Positions 38,820-46,899 of a stretch of DNA of 64,000 nt are shown piece by piece; the stretch's first letter is position 1; the number at the start of each line of letters is the position of its first letter. The notes beneath the pieces were generated by a model, which was not told the origin of the DNA, searched no databases, and worked only from the letters and a program-made list of their open reading frames with translations. Made by a program: the position numbers and the translations under genes. The stretch lies in sequence record PP892525.1. One strand, written 5' to 3'. The DNA is from Escherichia phage vB_EcoS_I14.

Positions 38820-39149
38820 CTATTTATAGGTGTGTAGTAATTTACGCATTTCATTGCGCTGCTTTTCTAGCACTCGAAATTCTTCATCTATACACAGAAA
38901 AGCATCTAGCACTTTCATAGATTGCTCAGTATTTTCTACAACAGCCCAATCATATGTTAGGTACACCTCTTGACCTGTATCTTTTACTTTAAAGTAAATA
39001 TAAGATGCAGGCAATTTAGGATCACCAAATAAATGGAAATTCTTTCGTTTATTAATGGACTCCAGTGTTGTAAACCGCTCTAGTTTAACCTCTTTGTGTG
39101 TTATACTATCGTACACCGGAACATCCGCATAAATATATACATATTCCAT
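38820..39149 (-). CDS. hypothetical protein
   Basis: 109 aa ORF between primase and polymerase promoter. Confidence 0.45.
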   Translation of the reverse strand: MEYVYIYADVPVYDSITHKEVKLERFTTLESINKRKNFHLFGDPKLPASYIYFKVKDTGQEVYLTYDWAVVENTEQSMKVLDAFLCIDEEFRVLEKQRNEMRKLLHTYK

Positions 39150-39175
39150 AGTAGCTCCTCAGTTATTTAGGACTA

Positions 39176-40066
39176 TTATACCAAATCTTTAAGCGACTCA
39201 GCAACTAAAATTTCAATACGTTTTGCTAACATATCAATTTCATCTTTGTTTAAATCACCCGGATCTTTGCCTTCTGGCAGAAGAAAGTTAGCAACTACAG
39301 GTGTTAAACGCGTTTTTGTACGAATTAGCTTGGCCAACGCTTGTGCAGCTTTGTTACCAGAAGCATCATTATCTAGTAAGATAACAACAACTTTTACACC
39401 AGCAATAATATAAGGACTGAACTTATCTGCAATGTTATCCGAAGTAAACTGATGTGTACCAAAGCAGCAAGAAGCATAGTCTATACCATTATCCTCTAGG
39501 TTAAGCATATCAAAGATACCTTCAACTAGAATAAGAACTGGAGTATTATATCGTACAGGGAAAATCGGTGGTGAAACTTGTTTTGGTTTTACTAAGTATT
39601 TAGGAGGGGCAGAACTGTTTATAGAACGACCCAAAAATAGGATATTGCGTCCAACAGCATCTGTGATTGGGAATACAATTCTGCCTTCCCAGTCTGCTTG
39701 GTGTTGGAAAGCAAAATATTTCTTCAAGGTTTTAGAACTTATACCTCGGAAATCACCTTCGAAAAGGTAAGCAGATTCAGGAATTGCAAGATTTGTAGAT
39801 CCATTCCTAATCTCTGAAATCTTTTTACGTACCTGCGATAGTCTTGGAGACTGTCGGTACTGAGTCTCGTTAAAATAATGGTAAATGCTCGGTATACCTT
39901 TACCGAAGCCACAACTCAAGCAGTGCATAATACCTGTTTCAGGATCAATACGCAAACTTGGGTGTTTATCGTCATGATCTGGATTGAGACAACAGATGAG
40001 GATGTCCCCACCTGTGTCTTTATATTCAATGCCTTTCAGATCAAGTAGTTCTGTTATTCTACTCAT
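39176..40066 (-). CDS. DNA primase (DnaG-like, zinc-binding + TOPRIM)
   Basis: 296 aa; CxxH...CxxC zinc motif (CCLNPDHDD...CLSCGFG), TOPRIM-like acidic motifs (EGIFD, LDNDASG). Confidence 0.8.
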   Translation of the reverse strand: MSRITELLDLKGIEYKDTGGDILICCLNPDHDDKHPSLRIDPETGIMHCLSCGFGKGIPSIYHYFNETQYRQSPRLSQVRKKISEIRNGSTNLAIPESAYLFEGDFRGISSKTLKKYFAFQHQADWEGRIVFPITDAVGRNILFLGRSINSSAPPKYLVKPKQVSPPIFPVRYNTPVLILVEGIFDMLNLEDNGIDYASCCFGTHQFTSDNIADKFSPYIIAGVKVVVILLDNDASGNKAAQALAKLIRTKTRLTPVVANFLLPEGKDPGDLNKDEIDMLAKRIEILVAESLKDLV

Positions 40067-41535
40067 ATATCGCTGGCCTGTTCACCTGTTGAATTTTCAG
40101 TTTTGTCTTTCTTAGCACGTTTAGGTTGAGCCGGCTTATCCTTCTCAATAGGGATAACGAACTCAGCTTCCATTTGAGATATATCTTCCATTGCTAGGTT
40201 GGTAGTGTTATCCATTCGCAGAGTTTCCCAATTCATTTTAGGCATAAACTTCACGCTATCAGAAGAACGAGTCTTAACGAAGTCAAACATAATAGCACCT
40301 TGACCATTATCAGCTTTAGCAGCATTAAGATTAGCAGCCATGTCTGCGGAATCAAGAATCCCCTTTGACATACGTGTTCTACCATCTTGATCGATCTGGT
40401 AGGGAGCTACGCCAGCCACGTTATGTTTCTGGCAGATGGATTTGAAAGACGAGCTAACAACCATCTGTTCCTTCCAGTCATACATATCAATGGTTTTAGA
40501 ATCTGGAAGTCGGGTTTGGTTAATATAGTCCAGTAAAGCTACTGTAACTTTATCACCATATCTAGCAACTAATTTATTTAATTCTACGTCAACTGTTGTA
40601 ATGGACAGTTCAGGGTCATAAACGATAATCATAGGAGTATGTAGTTCATACCCTTCTATTAGCTTACTCTCCATATCGTAGAAATCACTCATCTTAGCCA
40701 TTGTATACTGTTTAACGAAGTTATCGAAAAGCTCTTCACCCCCGTTGAACATTCTAGCTCTAGTTCTGGCTAATCTCAATAGAGCTGCACCTTCTAGAGT
40801 ATTATTACGCATTGCTAGTGCTGATACCCCGGCTAACATGGCTAGATTACGTCTAAATACTTCATGTTCTTTCATCTCAATTGAGAAGTATGGAGCAATA
40901 TCTCCATTCAAATATTGCTGAACCTGTATGTTTGAACAGATAATGGATTTACCAGTACCACGCCAACCACCAAGCAGTAACGTTTCTGTGCGAGCTAAAC
41001 CAATTTGAGCGTCGAACTCATTACAAATACCAAGAGCGATTAAGTTCAGTTTGGTATCTTCTTCTCTCTGGAAAATACGCATGTTATCTGCGTTGAATAC
41101 TTTTCCAGTATTCGTTACTTTCTCTTCTAATTTTAAGTGAAGGGAGGCAACTCGGTTGAGAATTTCTCCCTGATCCAGCATTGTTAAATCTTGAAGCACG
41201 TCTGTTTCTAGAAGCTTCAGGAATAAATCCTGTGTATATTCAGCCTCTAGGACTTCAAGTGCCTGTTCCATGCTCACTTCTGGAATTTGAGTGTTAGCTA
41301 AGACGACTAGAGCTTGAGAAAGGCGGGCGTTCCTATTAGCTTCAAGCATAAGTGCGTCAATGGACGGCATTGTGTTATATTTTTTATAATAATTCTGGAC
41401 GGCTTGGTAAATTGAGGAGAAAGCGTCATTAAAATGATCTTTATGCAGTTTTGAGAATGTTTCCAATGCTATTTGCTTCTGTTCGGAAGCTAGAAGCATC
41501 TTTAACACTACAGCTTGCACGTTAAACAAGGTCAT
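40063..41535 (-). CDS. replicative DNA helicase (DnaB-like)
   Basis: RecA-like core with Walker A (GGWRGTGKS); track start 41586 would translate terminator hairpin, so ATG 41535 (MTLFNV) preferred. Confidence 0.75.
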   Translation of the reverse strand: MTLFNVQAVVLKMLLASEQKQIALETFSKLHKDHFNDAFSSIYQAVQNYYKKYNTMPSIDALMLEANRNARLSQALVVLANTQIPEVSMEQALEVLEAEYTQDLFLKLLETDVLQDLTMLDQGEILNRVASLHLKLEEKVTNTGKVFNADNMRIFQREEDTKLNLIALGICNEFDAQIGLARTETLLLGGWRGTGKSIICSNIQVQQYLNGDIAPYFSIEMKEHEVFRRNLAMLAGVSALAMRNNTLEGAALLRLARTRARMFNGGEELFDNFVKQYTMAKMSDFYDMESKLIEGYELHTPMIIVYDPELSITTVDVELNKLVARYGDKVTVALLDYINQTRLPDSKTIDMYDWKEQMVVSSSFKSICQKHNVAGVAPYQIDQDGRTRMSKGILDSADMAANLNAAKADNGQGAIMFDFVKTRSSDSVKFMPKMNWETLRMDNTTNLAMEDISQMEAEFVIPIEKDKPAQPKRAKKDKTENSTGEQASDI

Positions 41536-41617
41536 TCTCCTTTGCACGCTTTCGTGCCTTCTAAATGCAAAAAGGGGAAGGAGCATAGCCCCCTCCCCTT
41601 AGGTTTAATTTACCAGA

Positions 41618-42385
41618 TTATTCAGCAGCCGCAGCTTTTGCATCCAGTTTAGCACGCTTAGCGGCACCATCATAGTCCTTAGCAACCAGACCACGACGAG
41701 ACAGCATAGATTTAACACCGCGCTCAGACTTACCAGTTTTCTCAGCGATCTCAGCAACAGTCATGTTAACCAGATCCAGACCTTCTAACAAATCTTCACG
41801 AGTTTTAGCACTTGAAGTTTCCTGTACCGGCATAGCAGCGATACGACCTTCACGAAGCAGGCTCAGAGCTTTACCACGGATCTGCTTGATATTACGACCG
41901 AAGTGAGCAGCAATAGCTTCAATAGTAGCACCAGCAACAACCTGATTAACAAAATCAGTTTCTTCATCCGGAGTGAAGGAACGAACAGCGGCAGCTTTTT
42001 CAGTTGGTTTAACAGAAGCGGTCATTTCCAGACTCAGGATCTTACCCTGTACCTGCTTAGCACCGAACTGACCACCAGCTACAGCAGCAGCGATTTCAGC
42101 ATAGGTATACTGACCAGCATGAGCGTTCAGGAAATCAACCAGTTCAGCTTCCTGCTCGGGAGTCCACGGGGATTTCTGTACTTCGTTAGCTTTCTGTACT
42201 TCAAAACCTTCTTTACGCAGTTTAGAGCCAACAGAGCGAGCAGTAACATCTTTGCCAGTTTCAGCAGCCAGTTCAGCAGCGATAGCAGCTACTTGTTCTT
42301 GAGAGATTACAGCAACACCCAGAGCAGTGGCTTTTGCTTTCAGAGACTCGGTTACACCTTCTACGTTCCAGTTCAGTTTAGACAT
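41618..42385 (-). CDS. hypothetical protein with internal duplicated segment (possible DNA-binding protein)
   Basis: 255 aa, Ala-rich; two related segments (GKILSLEMTASVK / GKALSLLREGRIAAM). Confidence 0.4.
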   Translation of the reverse strand: MSKLNWNVEGVTESLKAKATALGVAVISQEQVAAIAAELAAETGKDVTARSVGSKLRKEGFEVQKANEVQKSPWTPEQEAELVDFLNAHAGQYTYAEIAAAVAGGQFGAKQVQGKILSLEMTASVKPTEKAAAVRSFTPDEETDFVNQVVAGATIEAIAAHFGRNIKQIRGKALSLLREGRIAAMPVQETSSAKTREDLLEGLDLVNMTVAEIAEKTGKSERGVKSMLSRRGLVAKDYDGAAKRAKLDAKAAAAE

Positions 42386-43160
42386 TATTATTTTTCTCCA
42401 ATAGTTCTTTAATCGACAGGATTTCTATCCCATTCGTTTCGGCTTTCTTATAAGATGAGGAAGAACGTTTTGATTCATCCTCACAGATTAGGTATTTGAC
42501 GTCTTTAGTAACGGATTTCTTAACCGTATACCCTAGACTTTCTAAATAGTTTGTTGCATCCGTTCTATTTGCAAAATCTTGCAAAGATCCGGTAATACAT
42601 ACCGCGATTCCATTTGGCTGGGCAACTAATTCATCTGTAATGATGATATTAGCTTTAGTGCCCCTAATACCAGTTGAAAATTTCCACGGTAGTTCGATAA
42701 CATCTTTGCCTTGTGGGGAATTTAGCCAGGCTTTATAATTTTCTCCAGCCTTGCCGTCAGCCTTCACATCGTGGAAGCTAGTGCAATTTTGGGATAATTT
42801 CTTTGCTGCAACCTCTCCAATTAGAGGGATTCCTAAAGAACCGAGAACTGAACCAAAGTCAATGTCTCCGCGAACTTTAGTATTTAATTCGCTAATTAAC
42901 TTAGCGGCAACCTTGCTACCCACGGCTCTAACCAAATCTTCTTCGGTTAGGTAAAATAGTTCTGAAATCTTCGTCAGCTCCAGCTTCTCAATAGTTTTTG
43001 GGCCAAAGCCCTTTAACTTCATTTTTGTACAGAAGTTCTCAATTAACTTACTTGATTGTGCTGGACAGTTGGACTTATTACGACAGAATAATTGTCCGTT
43101 GACAAGATCTAGCTTAGAACCACAAGAGGGACATTGTGTTGGAATTTCGATTTTCATCAA
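42378..43160 (-). CDS. NAD-dependent DNA ligase, C-terminal subunit (Zn finger + HhH)
   Basis: 260 aa; C4 zinc finger (CPSCGSKLD...CRNKSNC) and helix-hairpin-helix (IPLIGEVAAKKL, GIRG). Confidence 0.8.
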   Translation of the reverse strand: MMKIEIPTQCPSCGSKLDLVNGQLFCRNKSNCPAQSSKLIENFCTKMKLKGFGPKTIEKLELTKISELFYLTEEDLVRAVGSKVAAKLISELNTKVRGDIDFGSVLGSLGIPLIGEVAAKKLSQNCTSFHDVKADGKAGENYKAWLNSPQGKDVIELPWKFSTGIRGTKANIIITDELVAQPNGIAVCITGSLQDFANRTDATNYLESLGYTVKKSVTKDVKYLICEDESKRSSSSYKKAETNGIEILSIKELLEKNNNV

Positions 43161-43187
43161 ATTTCTTCCTTATCAATTTATATAAAT

Positions 43188-43216
43188 ATTATAGCAAGTA
43201 TTTAAGCATTTAGCAA
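43188..43216 (-). promoter_or_regulatory. early sigma70 promoter between the two ligase genes (TTGCTA-17-TATAAT)
   Basis: Reverse complement: ttgcta aatgcttaaatacttgc tataat, in the 199-bp spacer separating ligase halves. Confidence 0.6.
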
Positions 43217-43359
43217 CTACAATTTTAACTAACTTTGCTTACCCTCGCCATAACTTTCTATCCCTCAACTGAATGATAATAGTATATACCTAAGCGGCGA
43301 AAATGTCAATAACCACTTTATAATTCCGATATGGTAGATGGGTAGCAAAGGGTTATGTA

Positions 43360-44331
43360 TTAATCGTATACTCGCTCTACTATGCACGGGATTACACCAC
43401 CAGCACGAATCACTCGAATCTGGCAACCGATCTCTAGATCAAGAGAGTTAATATAATCAACGTTATTAAGAGTCGCTTTAACAATTGTAGCGTCATCAAT
43501 AATTACCGGTTCGAAATAACCAACTGGAGTTACTTTACCAGAAGCCCCTACCTGCCATTCAACTTTAGTAAGAGTTGTAATCTCGCCTTCTTCATCCTCT
43601 TTAATAGCGAATGCCCCACGAGGGAATTTATTAGTCCAGCCTTCACGGAAGAATTTGTTGTTGTCATTAATACGAACAACTTTACCGTCCGTCGGAATCC
43701 ATTTAAAGAAGGAACGCACATTAACAACTGTTAAGAAATCTTCATTCTCTAGCCAGAGCATATCTTTTAAATATGATTCTGTAATACCTACAGATTCAGC
43801 AGAACACTGGATACCGTATGCAACAAAGATTAAACCACCTTCCCCGATACGTTGTACGAAATCATCGCTATCTTTGAGGTTAATAGCGCCAGAGGCAAAG
43901 TTACGTTTATTTTCTACTTCTTTTGTAATTAGAACTTCACCAGTAATTTGAGTAGGTACTTTTTGGGAAATCTTTTTAGGGATGTTCAGCAATCTTACGT
44001 TGCTTGTGACATCATTCCCTAGAATGCCATTACCGCGAGTTAGTGCTTGAACAAATTCGCCATTAATATATAACAGAGAAATCGCACAACCATCTAACTT
44101 ATCAGTTTCTACCTGACCTAATGGGTTAAACGGAGGTTTATCCCCACGATTATAATAAACTTTCTGTAAAGAATACATACGATACAGATGTGGAATATCT
44201 CCCTTAGGCCCAATCTCTTCCTCTAGTGGGAATCTTTTAATCAGACGATCATATTCTTCGTCAGAGATTAAAGACATTCCCTGGTAATACGCTTCTTGGC
44301 AACGTTTAATAAAGTCTTTTACATTAGTCAT
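43360..44331 (-). CDS. NAD-dependent DNA ligase, N-terminal subunit (adenylation + OB domain)
   Basis: 323 aa; adenylation lysine motif KLDG (ETDKLDGCAIS) and downstream nucleotidyltransferase/OB motifs. Confidence 0.8.
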   Translation of the reverse strand: MTNVKDFIKRCQEAYYQGMSLISDEEYDRLIKRFPLEEEIGPKGDIPHLYRMYSLQKVYYNRGDKPPFNPLGQVETDKLDGCAISLLYINGEFVQALTRGNGILGNDVTSNVRLLNIPKKISQKVPTQITGEVLITKEVENKRNFASGAINLKDSDDFVQRIGEGGLIFVAYGIQCSAESVGITESYLKDMLWLENEDFLTVVNVRSFFKWIPTDGKVVRINDNNKFFREGWTNKFPRGAFAIKEDEEGEITTLTKVEWQVGASGKVTPVGYFEPVIIDDATIVKATLNNVDYINSLDLEIGCQIRVIRAGGVIPCIVERVYD

Positions 44332-44362
44332 TTATTTGTATCTCTCATTAATTTATATAAAT

Positions 44363-44391
44363 ATTATATAACAAAACTGAGTTGAAAGCAA
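44363..44391 (-). promoter_or_regulatory. early sigma70 promoter (TTGCTT-17-TATAAT)
   Basis: Reverse complement: ttgctt tcaactcagttttgtta tataat upstream of ligase N-terminal gene. Confidence 0.6.
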
Positions 44392-44401
44392 ATACATTTA
44401 T

Positions 44402-44433
44402 AAAGAAAAAGCCAAGAACTAGGCATTCTTGGC
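44402..44433 (-). terminator. rho-independent terminator (- strand)
   Basis: gccaagaa-ctaggcat-tcttggc hairpin; on - strand followed by U-run (complement of aaagaaaaa). Confidence 0.6.
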
Positions 44434-44727
44434 TTTGAGTTCTTCAGCTCGTTTCTGTACTTCATGTAAAACCTCAGATTCGCTAAGAATCTGGGTAAAC
44501 GCATAGAAAAGCTGTGATGTTGTTTCTAGGGTGTAAGGAAAAGAGAAGCCAGATTTCGTTGGAAACCATTCATCATTAATATCAAGAAGCCAGTAACGAA
44601 TACCCATGTATAGATTCCCACGAAATTCAGATACTGTTAATCTTACTTGTTCTCCCTCCTTCTCCCAGAGTATGATGGACTGGTCATCAACGTGTCCTTC
44701 ATAGTTTTGATTTACCTGTTCGCTCAT
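44419..44727 (-). CDS. hypothetical protein
   Basis: 102 aa ORF; terminator downstream. Confidence 0.45.
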   Translation of the reverse strand: MSEQVNQNYEGHVDDQSIILWEKEGEQVRLTVSEFRGNLYMGIRYWLLDINDEWFPTKSGFSFPYTLETTSQLFYAFTQILSESEVLHEVQKRAEELKAKNA

Positions 44728-44742
44728 TTACATATCCCAAAT

Positions 44743-44767
44743 ACACAAAAAGCCCCATATAGGGGCT
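44743..44767 (-). terminator. hairpin terminator (- strand)
   Basis: agcccc-atat-aggggct with T-run on - strand side. Confidence 0.5.
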
Positions 44768-44777
44768 AATTGGTTTC

Positions 44778-45074
44778 TTATCGGCCTACTGGAGAAGCAC
44801 GATCTAACTCTGATTGGAGGCTAGTCACACGACGGACTTTCTCGACAGGAATAAAACGGAAGCTATCATTAGTACGAGAGAAGACAAGGATCTCATCATC
44901 TTTCGCTTTACGAATACGTTCACGTTTAATACGCTCAGCCAGATATTTATCTTGGGCTGGATCAAATTCCATCGTACCCTGAAGGTACGTGGTTCCTTTC
45001 TGACGAAGTTTCTCGTAATGAAGATAAAACTCACCAAATTTTTCACATTGTGCGATAATTTCAGCTTTGGTCAT
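44778..45074 (-). CDS. hypothetical protein
   Basis: 98 aa basic ORF; overlapped by antisense shadow ORFs. Confidence 0.4.
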   Translation of the reverse strand: MTKAEIIAQCEKFGEFYLHYEKLRQKGTTYLQGTMEFDPAQDKYLAERIKRERIRKAKDDEILVFSRTNDSFRFIPVEKVRRVTSLQSELDRASPVGR

Positions 45075-45110
45075 AACTGTGTTCCTTTTGTTGGTGGATT
45101 TATCTAAAAA

Positions 45111-45521
45111 TTACTTAGTGATAGCTCGGATTGCTTCTGCCAGATGAGCAGCCGCTTTACCGGTCAGTTTGTCGATAATTGCATCATCCAGAAAATCTGG
45201 TGCTAGGCCAGCATCAGAGAATGCTGAACGAAGGTCGGCATGAGCTTGGGCTTTGGAAGTACGAGAACCACCAGAAGCTTTTTCTCCAGTAGATGCGCTA
45301 GATTTAGAAGCAGAGCCAGCAGCTTTCTTGATATACAAACCTGCTTTAGTCAGCTTCATACGAAAACCGTTCGGAGTTACACCATTTTCCTGGGCAATTT
45401 CGCTAACAATTTCCATGCTAACACCTGGACGTTCATCCTCTGGGAATTGCTCCATACGAGCAACGTATTCGGAAGACATTTTTTCGAACAGTTCATCAGT
45501 CCACTGAGTTGGAGTAGTCAT
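45111..45521 (-). CDS. hypothetical protein
   Basis: 136 aa ORF downstream of early promoter. Confidence 0.45.
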   Translation of the reverse strand: MTTPTQWTDELFEKMSSEYVARMEQFPEDERPGVSMEIVSEIAQENGVTPNGFRMKLTKAGLYIKKAAGSASKSSASTGEKASGGSRTSKAQAHADLRSAFSDAGLAPDFLDDAIIDKLTGKAAAHLAEAIRAITK

Positions 45522-45578
45522 ATTTTATATTTCCTTAATTAAGAATTAAACAGAATAGTTCTTTCAAACTATGAGAAT

Positions 45579-45607
45579 ATTATATCAAGAATTATAGGAT
45601 TAAGCAA
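45579..45607 (-). promoter_or_regulatory. early sigma70 promoter (TTGCTT-17-TATAAT)
   Basis: Reverse complement: ttgctt aatcctataattcttga tataat. Confidence 0.6.
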
Positions 45608-45627
45608 CTGAAATTTTTCTGTAATTG

Positions 45628-45915
45628 CTACACATCTAGCTCAACGATCTCCCAATCATCCGCCAGAGCTTCTTCTAGGGTTAGGGAGGAGGTTTTCCAT
45701 GTTGCGTCTTTTATATCGAACTTGGTATACCCATCTTCATTGGGCCACCAGGTAAACTCGACAATATCATTATTATCAACATCTACTTTTATAATAGTAG
45801 AGTAATAAGTACGAGAGTCCCAATTACCCCAGCTATCCCGCTGGAGATATTTTACATCTCCATCTTTGAGCAAATCTGTTAGCTTACTCACGGCGTTTTC
45901 CTTTTTCTTTATCAA
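45628..45915 (-). CDS. hypothetical protein
   Basis: 95 aa ORF, Trp-rich, coupled to upstream gene. Confidence 0.45.
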   Translation of the reverse strand: MIKKKENAVSKLTDLLKDGDVKYLQRDSWGNWDSRTYYSTIIKVDVDNNDIVEFTWWPNEDGYTKFDIKDATWKTSSLTLEEALADDWEIVELDV

Positions 45916-46588
45916 GCTTCAGGGCGGCCTTAACAGCTTCGTTAATCAACGTAATAATTTCTTCACGAGTCCACTTGTACCCTAGAGATTTTACGTCAAC
46001 CCCTAGTTTTTCCAGATGTTTAACAGAAGCCAGCTCGTAATTCATATAATGAACGTTCTGTTGTTTGCCTTCCGATAGAAGCCATACACGGTAACAACCA
46101 ACAGGATTATCCATTGCTTTTTTGATTTCACCGATACACTGGTATCCAGGAACCCAAACAAGCTCACCAACTGCAAATTCTTCTGCTACAGCATCATCAG
46201 GAATAATCGGAGGATTCAATGGATCTACAATATCGTTCAAACGAAGTAGAGCACCATAGCGTTCCAGAACAGATTTAACCATTGCTACAGAGCGGTAATT
46301 ACGATCGGCAATTTCTTCAAAAGAATCACCAGATAAATACTGCTCAATAACGTTAGCTAACTCGATGCCTTCAATAAGTGTGCCACGTTTCTTTTTCTTC
46401 ATTTCGGCAACTTGAATTTGGCGATCTTGCCACTCTTCAATCATCCTTTCCATAGTTGGATTGGATGATACGCCGAGCATTTCACATGCTGCTTTCTTAG
46501 TACCACCGTTCTCCAGATGCTCTATAACCTTTTTAAAGACTTCATCAGGGATTTCATGGATATGTTTCTTTCTACGAGAACCAGCCAT
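45884..46588 (-). CDS. putative HTH DNA-binding protein
   Basis: 234 aa; N-terminal HTH-like segment (GGTKKAACEMLGVSSNPTMERMIEEW). Confidence 0.5.
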   Translation of the reverse strand: MAGSRRKKHIHEIPDEVFKKVIEHLENGGTKKAACEMLGVSSNPTMERMIEEWQDRQIQVAEMKKKKRGTLIEGIELANVIEQYLSGDSFEEIADRNYRSVAMVKSVLERYGALLRLNDIVDPLNPPIIPDDAVAEEFAVGELVWVPGYQCIGEIKKAMDNPVGCYRVWLLSEGKQQNVHYMNYELASVKHLEKLGVDVKSLGYKWTREEIITLINEAVKAALKLDKEKGKRRE

Positions 46589-46619
46589 ATTTAAACTCCT
46601 CTCTCAAATTTATAAATCT

Positions 46620-46648
46620 ATTATACAGAAATTTTTTGCACTATGCAA
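46620..46648 (-). promoter_or_regulatory. strong early promoter, closely resembling classical T5 promoters (TTGCAT-17-TATAAT + ATAGATTTATAAATTTGAGAGAGGAG leader)
   Basis: Reverse complement: aaatttatttgcatagtgcaaaaaatttctgtataatagatttataaatttgagagaggag; strongly resembles the T5 N25-type promoter as I recall it. Confidence 0.65.
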
Positions 46649-46656
46649 ATAAATTT

Positions 46657-46899
46657 TTACGATTCCTTGAGCAAAGAAGCAAGTTCAGCATAGACTTTAT
46701 CTAACTCAAAGCCGATGCGAAGAGACACGTTAGTTTTCCGTTGTTTAAGTAACCACTCGGATATGTTAGGGATGCCAGCTAATCTATGTGGTACCACCCT
46801 ACATAGCTTTTCCGAAGTGTCGTAAACAGGAACTTTACGTTCTTTTACTGGGAACTTCCTTGTTTCCCATTTTTTATTCTTCACTGTCATTTCTAGCAC
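46657..46899 (-). CDS. hypothetical protein
   Basis: 80 aa ORF overlapping 3' end of large ATPase gene. Confidence 0.4.
   Translation of the reverse strand: MLEMTVKNKKWETRKFPVKERKVPVYDTSEKLCRVVPHRLAGIPNISEWLLKQRKTNVSLRIGFELDKVYAELASLLKES

Noticed and set aside
41536-41586. 17-codon N-terminal extension of the DnaB-like helicase
   Set aside because: The extension would translate the upstream terminator-like hairpin; the internal ATG at 41535 is preferred.
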